NCBI GenBank assembly: GCA_963814065.1
Contig: CAWFBL010000001.1
Span: forward strand, 193,663 to 257,662
Source of the DNA: an uncultured Pseudomonadota bacterium
Lineage (GTDB): Bacteria > Pseudomonadota > Alphaproteobacteria > Rhizobiales > Xanthobacteraceae
Direction of reading: 5' to 3'
DNA length: 64,000 nucleotides
Both the position numbers and the translations under genes were made by a program. The notes under the pieces were generated by a model, which ran no database searches, had not been told where the DNA came from, and saw only the letters and a program-made list of their open reading frames with translations. Positions 28,344 to 37,508 of this stretch are shown here, piece after piece (position 1 is the stretch's first letter; each line of letters begins with the position of its first letter).

Positions 28344-29246
28344 ATGAACCTGCGTTACCTGAAGACGTTCATTGCGGTCGCCGAGCACGGCAACTTCGCG
28401 CGCGCGGCCAACGCCGTTGGTCTCACCCAGTCGGCGGTCAGCATGCAGATCCGAACGCTGGAGAACCTGCTTGGCATCCAGTTGTTCGACCGCTCGCAGC
28501 GGCCGGCCGCGCTCAACGAGCGCGGCAAGGCGCTGGTGCGGCGCGCCCGCGAAATCGTCGACCTCTATGGTTCGATGATCAAGGATGTCGACTCGCAGGC
28601 CGATCTGCCTGGCGTGTTGCATCTCGGCGCGGTACGTTCGGCCATTTCGGGGATCATGCCGCGCGCGCTCGAGGAGCTGAATGAGAAGTTTCCGAGCGTC
28701 CGGCTGACGGCCATGCATGCGCTGCCCGGCGAGTTGATCGAACGGGTGGAGCAGGGCGCGCTCGACGGCGCGCTGGTGAGCGAGCCGCAGTATCTGCCGC
28801 CGCAGTTGCGCTGGACCGCGATCATGGAAGAGCCGCTGGTGGTGATCGCGGCCGCCGACGCGCAAGGCGATACGTTCGACGATTTGCTGTGCAGCCACCC
28901 TTACATCGGGCTCAACCGCGGCGACTGGGGCGGGCGGCTGATCGGCGAATACCTGACCAGCCGCGGTCTCGCGCTGCGGCCGATCATGGAATTCGACACC
29001 GTCGAGGCGGTGATCAAGGTGGTGCAGCGCGGCGTCGGCGTTTCCATCCTGCACCAGGGCTGCATCGATCATCCGCAGCACTCGAAGCTGCGCAGCATCC
29101 CGTTTGGCGAACCGCCGCTCACGCGCCGCCTCGGCATGCTGTACCGGCCGGTTGCGCCGTCCGCCATGCTGTTCGGCGTGTTGATCGGCACGCTGGAGCG
29201 GCTGACGGCCGATCAGCGCGACATCTGGTGGTCGCTGAGCGCCTAA
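28344..29246 (+). CDS. LysR family transcriptional regulator
   Basis: MNLRYLKTFIAVAEHGNFARAANAVGLTQSAVSMQIRTLE... HTH at the N-terminus. 300 aa counted from the ATG at 28344. Confidence 0.88.
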   Translation: MNLRYLKTFIAVAEHGNFARAANAVGLTQSAVSMQIRTLENLLGIQLFDRSQRPAALNERGKALVRRAREIVDLYGSMIKDVDSQADLPGVLHLGAVRSAISGIMPRALEELNEKFPSVRLTAMHALPGELIERVEQGALDGALVSEPQYLPPQLRWTAIMEEPLVVIAAADAQGDTFDDLLCSHPYIGLNRGDWGGRLIGEYLTSRGLALRPIMEFDTVEAVIKVVQRGVGVSILHQGCIDHPQHSKLRSIPFGEPPLTRRLGMLYRPVAPSAMLFGVLIGTLERLTADQRDIWWSLSA

Positions 29247-29289
29247 TGCTGCGCTTACTCGAGGCGCGTTGCCGCTTGCGGCACTCCTT

Positions 29290-29314
29290 TCACCTCCCTT
29301 GCAGGGGGAGGTGA
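29290..29314. terminator. GC-rich hairpin (CACCTCCC-ttgca-GGGGGAGGTG) between the convergent LysR and enolase-superfamily genes
   Basis: Inverted repeat seen directly. It belongs to the same CCTCCC...GGGAGG REP style as the elements at 38939, 39039, 44193 and 44310. Confidence 0.5.
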
Positions 29315-29325
29315 GAGAGGCTGTC

Positions 29326-30474
29326 TCACTTCACCGTATAGCGCCGGATCGCATCCTCATCGACGTCGACGCCGAGCCCGGGCGCATCACGCAGCGCGAT
29401 CTTGCGGTTCTCAATGCGGAACGGGTCGCGCACCACGTCGTCGGCGAGATAGACGTGGGTCAGGCTCACGCCCCAATCGAGCACCGGCGACGCGCAAGCG
29501 GCGGCGAGCGTCGCCGCCGTGGTCAAACTGGTGCCCGCCACCTTGCCGGCGAGCGTCACCGACAGGCCGAGCTGCTTACAGAGCGTCGCCGCGGCAAGCA
29601 GAGGCGTGACGCCCTCGGTCTTGATCACCTTGAGATTGACCCCGCTGACGATGCCGGCCTGTGCGAGCGCCAGGATGTCGTCGGCGCCGCCGACGCATTC
29701 GTCGCCGGAGATCGGCAGCAGGCCGAACTTGTTGAGCGCGGCCATGCCGTCGAGCTGGTCGCTCGGCAGCGGCTGCTCGAGGAATAACAGGTCGGCGCCT
29801 TCGACGCCGCGCATATATGCCTTCGCGGTGCGCGCATCCCAGCCGGTGTTGGCATCGGCGCATAGCATCACGTCGGGCCCGAGCGCGGCGCGCACCGCGA
29901 GCGCGGCTTCGATTTCTTTCGCAACTTTCTTTACGCCGACCTTCAGCTTGAAATAACCGTAGCCCTCTTCGACCTTGCGTTTGGCTTCGGCGATGTCGGC
30001 GGCAATATCCGGATTGCCCAACAGCCACATGTTCTCGACCGAGCGCCGCAGCGCGCCGCCGATGAGCTCGATGGCGGGAACGCGAAGATGCTTGCCGACC
30101 AGATCGAGCAGAGCGATCTCGACCGCGGCCTTGGCGCCGCCGTTATGCGCGATGCTGGCGCGGCAGCGCCGTGCAAGCTCGGTGCGGTCGCGGGCGTCGG
30201 CGCCGATCAACAGCGGCGCCATGTGCTGGCGCACCGCCGCCGCCATGCCGGGCAGGGTGTCGCCGGTCATGGTCGGCGCGACCGTCGCTTCGCCCCAGCC
30301 GATAAGGCCGTTCTCCGCCTCCAGACGCACGACCAGGTTCTCGGCGTGGGTGATGGTCTCCGCCGCCATCAGCATCGGCTTGGCCAGCGGCACGGCAATG
30401 GCGATGGCATCGGCCCGGCGGATGCGCAACGGACGCGCCTGCTGCTCGGCGGCGATGTTGGCTTGGACGTTCAT
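29326..30474 (-). CDS. Enolase superfamily enzyme, muconate-lactonizing-enzyme (MLE) subgroup (racemase/epimerase/cycloisomerase)
   Basis: KxK motif (YFKLKVG), metal ligands in LCADANTGW, FLEQPL and SGDECV, and a second catalytic Lys in VNLKVIKTEG. 382 aa. Confidence 0.85.
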   Translation of the reverse strand: MNVQANIAAEQQARPLRIRRADAIAIAVPLAKPMLMAAETITHAENLVVRLEAENGLIGWGEATVAPTMTGDTLPGMAAAVRQHMAPLLIGADARDRTELARRCRASIAHNGGAKAAVEIALLDLVGKHLRVPAIELIGGALRRSVENMWLLGNPDIAADIAEAKRKVEEGYGYFKLKVGVKKVAKEIEAALAVRAALGPDVMLCADANTGWDARTAKAYMRGVEGADLLFLEQPLPSDQLDGMAALNKFGLLPISGDECVGGADDILALAQAGIVSGVNLKVIKTEGVTPLLAAATLCKQLGLSVTLAGKVAGTSLTTAATLAAACASPVLDWGVSLTHVYLADDVVRDPFRIENRKIALRDAPGLGVDVDEDAIRRYTVK

Positions 30475-30494
30475 CGGCCCTCCCGGTCTGCGGA

Positions 30495-30627
30495 ATTCGT
30501 TGGCCGCATCCTAGGCGCGCCCGGCGGAAGCGCAATGCTCGAAGCGCCGGCAGAAGCGGCGCGCCCATCTTAAAGCTAGCTTCAAAGTCCTTGAACTTAA
30601 GCGCCAAGGTTATTCGTTGGCCGCATC
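30495..30627. promoter_or_regulatory. Two perfect 16-bp direct repeats ATTCGTTGGCCGCATC (30495-30510 and 30612-30627) flanking a 10-bp palindrome AAGCTAGCTT (30573-30582) in a divergent promoter region
   Basis: Seen directly in the 214-bp region between the enolase-superfamily gene (-) and the TauD-family gene (+). The regulatory function is inferred. Confidence 0.4.
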
Positions 30628-30688
30628 TTGGCCGGACGCTATAGTTTTCAACCAATAACCAAACGAAGAGTCCCAGGGAGAGAACAAA

Positions 30689-31720
30689 ATGGTCGAGGTT
30701 CTGCGCGAAAAGCTGCGCACCCCGCGCGCTTGGCGCGGGCCCGAAATCCAGGACGATTCCTCCTGGATGATGCCGCTGACCAAGGACGACGTCGCCGAGG
30801 TCGATGCGGCACTGCAACATGTGGAATCGCTCGGCTACGATATACCCTTCACCGCCGCCGATTTTCCGCTGCCGAAATTATCGGCCAAGCTGAACGAGGT
30901 TCCCGAGCGGATGGAAAACGGCCTCGGCGTCGTGCTCATCCGCGGCCTGCCGCGCGAGAACTACAGCGCGGAACAGTGCGGTCTCATCTATTGGGGATTC
31001 GGCGTTCATCTCGGCACGCCGGTGTCGCAGAACACCCGCGGCCATCTACTCGGCCATGTCCGCGACGAAGGCCGCACCATGGACGATCCGAACACGCGCC
31101 TCTACCAGACGCGCAACAAGATGGACTTCCACTCGGATCAGTTGCCGGTCGACGTGCTCGGCCTGTTCTGCGTGCGTACCGCCAAGAGCGGCGGCGCCAG
31201 CGCGCTGACCAGCGTCGACACCATCCATAATGTGATCCTGGATGAACGTCCCGACCTGCTCGATGTGCTCTATCAGCCGTTCAACCTCGACTGGCGCGGC
31301 GAAGAGCCGCAAGGCGAGCAGCCCTGGTACCGTTGCCCGATGTTCAGCTATGCCGGCGGCAAGGTGACCTCGCGCATCACCAGCCGGGCCTACTTCAACG
31401 GCGTCGTCCGCTTCGGCAACGAGCTGGCGCTGACCGACATGCAGCGCGAGGCGCTCGACTTCGTGCAGGAGGTCGCCAACCGTCCCGAGCTGCGTCTGCG
31501 CATGCATTTCGCCGAAGGCGACATGCAGTTCATCAACAATCACGCCATCCTGCACGCGCGCGAAGCATTCGAGGACTACGACGATCCCGAGATGAAGCGC
31601 CATTTGCTGCGCATGTGGATCTCGTCGCCGCCGGCGCGCCGGCGCGCGCTCGCGCCCATCCTTGCCGAGCGCTACTCCTTCGTCGAACGCGGCGGCATCC
31701 CGAAGAAGATCGCCGCCTGA
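30689..31720 (+). CDS. TauD/TfdA family Fe(II)/2-oxoglutarate-dependent dioxygenase
   Basis: HxD facial-triad motif (DFHSDQ), distal His in NNHAILHAREAF, and GGASAL. 343 aa. SD GGAGAG. Confidence 0.82.
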   Translation: MVEVLREKLRTPRAWRGPEIQDDSSWMMPLTKDDVAEVDAALQHVESLGYDIPFTAADFPLPKLSAKLNEVPERMENGLGVVLIRGLPRENYSAEQCGLIYWGFGVHLGTPVSQNTRGHLLGHVRDEGRTMDDPNTRLYQTRNKMDFHSDQLPVDVLGLFCVRTAKSGGASALTSVDTIHNVILDERPDLLDVLYQPFNLDWRGEEPQGEQPWYRCPMFSYAGGKVTSRITSRAYFNGVVRFGNELALTDMQREALDFVQEVANRPELRLRMHFAEGDMQFINNHAILHAREAFEDYDDPEMKRHLLRMWISSPPARRRALAPILAERYSFVERGGIPKKIAA

Positions 31721-31761
31721 TCGCGCGCAATCCTTATCCGACCAACAACGAGAACCAGAAG

Positions 31762-32556
31762 ATGTTGAAACTTTATCAGGGACGCGTGGCGGTCTGCGCC
31801 ATCAAGGTGCGGCTGACGATGGCCGAAAAAGGCATCGACTTCGAGCCGATCAATCTGAACTTGCGCGCCGGCGAGCAGCACAAGCCCGACTATCTCAAGC
31901 TCAATCCGAACGGCGTGGTGCCGACGCTCATCCACGACGATTTCGTGCTGATCGAGTCCTCGGTCATCATGCAATATCTGGACGAGGTCTTTCCCGGCCC
32001 GTCGCTGCAGCCCACCGACGCCAAGGACCGCGCGCGCATGCGCATCTGGATGAAGCGGGTCGACGAATATCTGCATCCCGGCAACGCCACGCTCACCTAC
32101 GCCATGGTGCACGCCGGCGAGATGCGCGAGAAGAGCCAGGCGGAGCTGGAAGCGTATTATCGCGGCATTCCCAACCCCGCGACGCGCGAACGCCAGCGCG
32201 CGGCGATCGAGCTGGGCATGGACGCGCCGGCGGCGGTGCAGGCGCTGCAGTTCTACGACAAGGCGCTCACCGACATGGACGCGCAGCTTGCCCGGCATCC
32301 CTGGCTTGCCGGCGACAGCTACTCGCTCGCCGACGCCGCCGTGACGCCCTACATCAATCGCTTCACCATGCTCAGCCTGTCGAACATGTGGACGCAATCG
32401 CGCCCGAACATCACGGCGTGGTTCGAGCGCATCAAGGCGCGGCCATCCTACGACAAGGCGATCACCGCCTTCGTCACCGACGCCGACATCAAACACTATG
32501 CCGGCCTCGATAGCTGGGCCTGGGGCAAGGCCGAGTCCTTATTGAAGGCAGCCTGA
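31762..32556 (+). CDS. Glutathione S-transferase family protein
   Basis: Thioredoxin-like N-domain with KPDYLKLNPNGVVPTLIHDDFVLIESSVIMQYLDE (GSH-binding cis-Pro and ES motif). 264 aa counted from the ATG at 31762. Confidence 0.8.
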   Translation: MLKLYQGRVAVCAIKVRLTMAEKGIDFEPINLNLRAGEQHKPDYLKLNPNGVVPTLIHDDFVLIESSVIMQYLDEVFPGPSLQPTDAKDRARMRIWMKRVDEYLHPGNATLTYAMVHAGEMREKSQAELEAYYRGIPNPATRERQRAAIELGMDAPAAVQALQFYDKALTDMDAQLARHPWLAGDSYSLADAAVTPYINRFTMLSLSNMWTQSRPNITAWFERIKARPSYDKAITAFVTDADIKHYAGLDSWAWGKAESLLKAA

Positions 32557-32598
32557 GGCGCCTTGGGCTCAACGAAGCCCGACGGGGAGGAGACGGTT

Positions 32599-33516
32599 GT
32601 GTCAGGCACTGTCGGCCTGATCGGCATCGGCTTGATGGGCACCGCCTTGGCGCGGCGGCTTATCGATGCCGGCTATGGCGTCGTCGGCTTCGACGTGACG
32701 CCCGCGCGGCGCGAGGCGCTCGCTGGCCTGGGCGGCGAGCCGGCCGAGAGCGTTGCCGAGGTTGCGCGCCGCTGCCCCATCGTCCTCATCGCGGTGATGA
32801 CCATCGCCCAGGTCGAGGAGGTGGTCGAAGGGCAGGGTGGGCTCATTGAATCGAACGGTGCCGTCCGCATCGCGCTTTGCACCTCGACTTGCGATCCCGA
32901 CCGCATCGCGGCCTTGGCCGCGCGTGCTGCGCCGCGCGGTCTCGCCTTCCTCGACACGCCGGTTTCCGGCACCAGCAAGCAGGTCTTGCAGGGCGACGGC
33001 TTCGGCCTCATCGCCGGCGACAAGCAGGCCGCGGAAGAGGCCGCGCCGGTGCTGCAGGCGATCTATCCGCGCAGCCAGTATCTCGGGCCCGCCGGCGCCG
33101 GCAGCAAGACCAAGCTTGCGATCAATCACATCCTCGGCCTCAACCGCGTCGCACTCGCCGAGGGCCTGGTGTTTGCGGAAACCCTCGGCCTTGACCCGAA
33201 GAGCTTCCTGGCCGCCGCGCGCCAGTCGGCTGCCTATTCGCAGATCATGGACGTCAAGGGCGACAAGATGATCGAGAGCGACTTCTCCCCGGTCAGCAAG
33301 GTCTCCCAGCATCTGAAGGACATCCGCACCATGCTCGGCGAGGCCGCGCGGCGCGGGCAGGAACTGCCGTTCCTGTCGCTGCTGGCCGAGGTGGTGGAGG
33401 CTTGCGAGCGCCGCGGCGAGGGCGAGCGCGACAACGCGATCACGATCGAGGAAATCCGCCGCCGGCGCAGCGCCGGTGACGAAAAGCCAAACTCAGGAGC
33501 AGCAGGTGGCAGATAA
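32599..33516 (+). CDS. NAD(P)-dependent beta-hydroxyacid dehydrogenase (3-hydroxyisobutyrate/6-phosphogluconate dehydrogenase family)
   Basis: Rossmann N-terminus VGLIGIGLMGTALARRL and SGTSKQ (catalytic region). I chose the GTG at 32599, preceded by GGGGAGGAG. The ORF track starts at TTG 32563. Confidence 0.8.
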   Translation: MSGTVGLIGIGLMGTALARRLIDAGYGVVGFDVTPARREALAGLGGEPAESVAEVARRCPIVLIAVMTIAQVEEVVEGQGGLIESNGAVRIALCTSTCDPDRIAALAARAAPRGLAFLDTPVSGTSKQVLQGDGFGLIAGDKQAAEEAAPVLQAIYPRSQYLGPAGAGSKTKLAINHILGLNRVALAEGLVFAETLGLDPKSFLAAARQSAAYSQIMDVKGDKMIESDFSPVSKVSQHLKDIRTMLGEAARRGQELPFLSLLAEVVEACERRGEGERDNAITIEEIRRRRSAGDEKPNSGAAGGR

Positions 33517-34441
33517 GAAAGTCGTCGGCGTTATCGGTCTAGGCAATATGGGACGCGGTGTCGCCACCAATCTCGGCAAGCCCGACCGCGAGGTTTACGT
33601 CTGGGACGTCGCGGAAGCCGCGCGCGCGCGCTTCGAGGACAAGCCCGGTTTCATCGTCGCGCCGCCCGGCGAGATGGCGAAGAAATGCGAAGCCATCCTG
33701 TTCGTGGTGCCGGCGACGCCCGAGATCAAAGCCTGCCTGGAAGGCGACGACGGCATTCTCGCCAACGCCCACCGGGGCCTGGTCCTGTGCGATCTGACGA
33801 CCTCCGACCCGCTGGCCTCGCGCGCGCTGGCCGCCGAGCTGAAACCGCGCGGCATCAGCTATATCGACGCCGGCACCAGCGGCGGCCCGACCCGCGCCGA
33901 CGCCGGCGATCTGACGCTGATGGTGGGCGGCGAGGCCGACGCGGTCGAGCAGGTCAGGCCCTATTTCGACGACATCAGCCGCAAGGTCTATTACCTCGGC
34001 GCCAGCGGCACCGGCCACACCATGAAGCTGCTGCACAACATCGTCTGCCACGCCACCTTCATGGCCACCACCGAAGCCTTCAACATCGGCGAGCACGCCG
34101 GGCTCAAGCTCGCGGACATGGTGGAGGTGCTCAACGATTCCAATGGGCGCAGCTACGTCACCGAGTCGCGCTATCCCAAGCACATTCTGACCGAGAAGTG
34201 GGATGGCCGCTCGCGCATCTACAATCTGCACAAGGACCTGAAGATGGGCGTCGATCTCGGCCGCCGCATCGGTGGCGGCACCGAGTTCTCCGAGGCGACC
34301 CTGCGCTATCTCGACAAGGCCGTGCGCCGCGGTATGCAGGAGCAGGACTACACCCTGATCTATCGCGATTTCGACGAAATCCGCGCGATGGGTGAGGCGC
34401 CCAAATCCGGCGATGCCGGCAACGTGCGGGGCGCCGCCTGA
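33506..34441 (+). CDS. NAD(P)-dependent beta-hydroxyacid dehydrogenase, second paralogue
   Basis: VGVIGLGNMGRGVATNL Rossmann motif, and DAGTSGG. I chose the GTG at 33506, preceded by AGGAG, which overlaps the upstream stop by 11 nt. The alternative is GTG 33476. Confidence 0.78.
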   Translation: MADKKVVGVIGLGNMGRGVATNLGKPDREVYVWDVAEAARARFEDKPGFIVAPPGEMAKKCEAILFVVPATPEIKACLEGDDGILANAHRGLVLCDLTTSDPLASRALAAELKPRGISYIDAGTSGGPTRADAGDLTLMVGGEADAVEQVRPYFDDISRKVYYLGASGTGHTMKLLHNIVCHATFMATTEAFNIGEHAGLKLADMVEVLNDSNGRSYVTESRYPKHILTEKWDGRSRIYNLHKDLKMGVDLGRRIGGGTEFSEATLRYLDKAVRRGMQEQDYTLIYRDFDEIRAMGEAPKSGDAGNVRGAA

Positions 34442-34487
34442 TGCCTAATTGTCGCATCGTTCGCAACGCGGGCCGGGAGACGCTGAT

Positions 34488-34988
34488 ATGAACGCGGTGC
34501 GGCGCTATTTCGCCAGCTTCGAGATGATCTTCGCCGGCTTCCTGCTCGTGCTGCTCACCGTGCTGCTCACGGTGCAGATCATCAACCGCTACATCCTCGG
34601 CACCTCCTTCGTCTGGCTGGAGGAGATTGCCCGTATCAGCTTCGTGTGGATGATCTATTTTTCGGCCGCGGGTGCTGCGCGCGACGACCGCCACATCCGC
34701 GTCGAGATCATCGATTTGTTTGTGGGGCCGGCCGCCATCAAATGGATCACCCTCGTCGCCGACGTTCTCGTGTTCGGTTTTGATCTTGTCGTTGTCTGGC
34801 TCGGCATCCTGCTGGTGCGGTCGACCATCCAGTACGGCGACACCACGCCGGTCACCGACATTCCCATGGGCCTGATCTATGCCGTCATTCCGGTCTGCTT
34901 CGGATTGATGGCCTACCGCCTGTTCCGCTTCAACATGCGCAAGCACGCGGGCGTGCTTGAGCCCGCCACTTACGACAGTTTCGAGTAA
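34488..34988 (+). CDS. dctQ: TRAP transporter small permease (DctQ family)
   Basis: 166-aa 4-TM protein (..VQIINRYILGTSFVWLEEIARISFVWMIY..) directly upstream of dctM. Confidence 0.85.
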   Translation: MNAVRRYFASFEMIFAGFLLVLLTVLLTVQIINRYILGTSFVWLEEIARISFVWMIYFSAAGAARDDRHIRVEIIDLFVGPAAIKWITLVADVLVFGFDLVVVWLGILLVRSTIQYGDTTPVTDIPMGLIYAVIPVCFGLMAYRLFRFNMRKHAGVLEPATYDSFE

Positions 34989-35028
34989 TGTCATGCCAAG
35001 CCCGCGCACAGCGCGGTAGGGACCGACA

Positions 35029-36321
35029 ATGACGATGCCGATCTTTCTTTTCGGTCTGCTGGCGCTGCTGCTGGTGCTACGCGTGCCGCTCGGCTTCGCG
35101 CTCGGCATCGCCACCGTGGCGACCATGGCGGTCGGTCACCTGCCGTTGACCTCGCTGGCGGTCACTTATTTTTCCGGCGTCGACACCTTCGCCTTCATGG
35201 CGATCCCGCTGTTTCTCTTGGCCGGCAACCTGATGGAGCACGGCGGCATTTCCAAGCGGCTGATCGACATATCCGACGTGCTGCTCGGCCGCCTGGTCGG
35301 CGGCCTGTCGCTAGTGACCATCGGCACCAGCATGTTCTTCGGCGCCTTGACGGGCTCCGGCAACACCGCCACTGCCGCCGTCGGCTCGCTGATGATCCCG
35401 ACCATGGTCAAGCGTGGCTATGGCGGCCCCTTCGCGGGCGCGGTGACCGCCGTCGGCGGCACCATGGGTATCCTCATTCCGCCAAGCATCACGCTGATCG
35501 TCTACGGCATCATGGCCGATCTCTCGATCGCACGGCTGTTCCTGGCAGGCGTGGTGCCCGGCCTCATTCTCGGCGCTGGCCTGATGATTACCGCCTTCCT
35601 GATCAGCAAGAAGCGCGGCTACCAGGGCTCGGAAACGAAGTTCTCGACACGCGGCCTGCGCGAGTCGCTGTGGGCCGGCAAATGGGCGCTGCTGGCGCCG
35701 GTCATCATCCTCGGCGGCATCTACGGCGGCTTCATCACCCCGACCGAATCGGCGGTCATCGCCGTCGTCTACGGTTTTATCGTCGGCGCCTTTCTGCACA
35801 AGGAACTGACCTTCGACAAAGTTTTGCTCAGCGTGAAGAACACGCTGGCCGTTACCGGCATCCTCGGCATCATCTGGGCGACGGCGCTCGGCCTCGGCGA
35901 GGTGCTCACCATCTATCAGGTGCCGCAGCTGGTCAGCAAAGCGATCCTCGGCGTCACCAGCAGCGCCGTCATCGCGCTCATCCTCATCAGCGTCTGGGAA
36001 ACGTTCATCGGCATGTGGATGAACACCATGGCGCAGATCATCATCATGACGCCGATCTATCTGCAGATCATCCACACGCTCGGCGTCGACCCGATTACCT
36101 TCGGCATCATCTTCACGCTCAACTGCGAGATCGGTTTCGTCACTCCGCCGCTCGGTACCAGCCTGTTCGTGGCCATGCCCATCGCCGACGTGAAGCTCGG
36201 CGAGATCTCGCTCGCCGCCATACCCTTCATCCTGACGATGTTCGTGGTGATCGGGCTGATCATCGCGTTCCCAAGCATTCCGCTCTGGCTGCCCAACCTG
36301 ATCATGGGACCGGGGCTCTGA
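35029..36321 (+). CDS. dctM: TRAP transporter large permease (DctM family)
   Basis: 430-aa polytopic protein with typical DctM segments (GGTMGILIPPSITLIVYG, GFVTPPLGTSLFV). Confidence 0.92.
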   Translation: MTMPIFLFGLLALLLVLRVPLGFALGIATVATMAVGHLPLTSLAVTYFSGVDTFAFMAIPLFLLAGNLMEHGGISKRLIDISDVLLGRLVGGLSLVTIGTSMFFGALTGSGNTATAAVGSLMIPTMVKRGYGGPFAGAVTAVGGTMGILIPPSITLIVYGIMADLSIARLFLAGVVPGLILGAGLMITAFLISKKRGYQGSETKFSTRGLRESLWAGKWALLAPVIILGGIYGGFITPTESAVIAVVYGFIVGAFLHKELTFDKVLLSVKNTLAVTGILGIIWATALGLGEVLTIYQVPQLVSKAILGVTSSAVIALILISVWETFIGMWMNTMAQIIIMTPIYLQIIHTLGVDPITFGIIFTLNCEIGFVTPPLGTSLFVAMPIADVKLGEISLAAIPFILTMFVVIGLIIAFPSIPLWLPNLIMGPGL

Positions 36322-36374
36322 CGGCTAATCGAGATGAGACGACACTGGAAAGTGCATAAGGGGAGGAAGATAAC

Positions 36375-37385
36375 ATGAAGACCAGGGCTTTAGTGACATC
36401 GATGCTAATGGGGTTGGGTAGCCTGTTGCTGGCGCAAGCCGGCAACGCGGACCCCATCGCCATCAAGTTCGCGCATAATTCGCCGGTGCGCATGGACGCG
36501 AGCTTCCATCGCTACTTCGTCAAGTTCTCCACGCTGGCGGAGAAGTACACTGACGGCAAGGTCAAGTTCCAAGAGTTCCCGGCGAGCCAGATGGGATCGG
36601 ACGGGGTCGCGGCCAAGAAGCTGCAACTCGGCCTGATCCAGATGATGGACCTTGCCTCCAACAACATCGCCAATCTCTACGGTGGATTCGACCTGTTCAC
36701 CTTGCCCTTCCTGATCAAGAGCATGGACTGTGGCGTCGATCATGTGCTGACCGATCCAAAATTGCTGCATGAGATTTCGGAAGGCGCCGAGAAGAAGGCC
36801 GGCATCCGCGTGCTCGCCTTCGAGATCGGCGGCATGCGCAATATGATGAACAGCAAGCATCCGATCATGTCGCCGGCGGACCTCAAGGGCCTGCGCATGC
36901 GGGTGGCGAAAAACCCGATCCTGCTCGACACCTATAAGGCGCTCGGCGCCGATGTAATCGGCGTGGCGCCGGCGGAAACCTATGGCGCCTTGCAGACCCA
37001 CATGGTCGACGGCAACGACGGCGGCGCCGGCTGGGCCTACGCCCAGAAGCTCTACGAAGTGCAGAAATACTATTCGATCACCGGCCACCAGTTGGTGGTG
37101 AGCTCCGTCATCGTCAACAACAACTTCTGGCGGGGCTTGCCCAAGGACGTGCAGGCGGGCGTCAGCAAGGCAGCCATGGAAGCGGCGGTCGACAATATGC
37201 ACTGGATGGAGGGTTATCAGGCCAAGATTTACAAGATCTTCGAGAAGTCCGGCCTCAAGTTCAGTTATCCGGACCTCGCGCCGTTCCGCAAGGCCGTGCA
37301 GCCGGTGTGGAAGAAATACGCCGAGCGTGTCGGCGGCATGCAGCGCATCGAATACGTGCAGAGCCTGCAGAAGGCCTGCAAGTAA
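36375..37385 (+). CDS. dctP: TRAP transporter substrate-binding protein (DctP family)
   Basis: Signal peptide followed by IKFAHNSP...SQMGSD....LQLGLIQM, characteristic of DctP-type SBPs. 336 aa. The gene order is Q-M-P. Confidence 0.9.
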   Translation: MKTRALVTSMLMGLGSLLLAQAGNADPIAIKFAHNSPVRMDASFHRYFVKFSTLAEKYTDGKVKFQEFPASQMGSDGVAAKKLQLGLIQMMDLASNNIANLYGGFDLFTLPFLIKSMDCGVDHVLTDPKLLHEISEGAEKKAGIRVLAFEIGGMRNMMNSKHPIMSPADLKGLRMRVAKNPILLDTYKALGADVIGVAPAETYGALQTHMVDGNDGGAGWAYAQKLYEVQKYYSITGHQLVVSSVIVNNNFWRGLPKDVQAGVSKAAMEAAVDNMHWMEGYQAKIYKIFEKSGLKFSYPDLAPFRKAVQPVWKKYAERVGGMQRIEYVQSLQKACK

Positions 37386-37508
37386 TCGGCGCTCTCTGCC
37401 TGCGCCTGGCCCGGCGGATTCCGCATGGGCTAGGCGTCCGCTTGTCCGGCCCGCGGCGGCGCGCTATGGCGAGGCGGTCCTTCGCAAGAATTGCAAGAGT
37501 AGTTCGCC

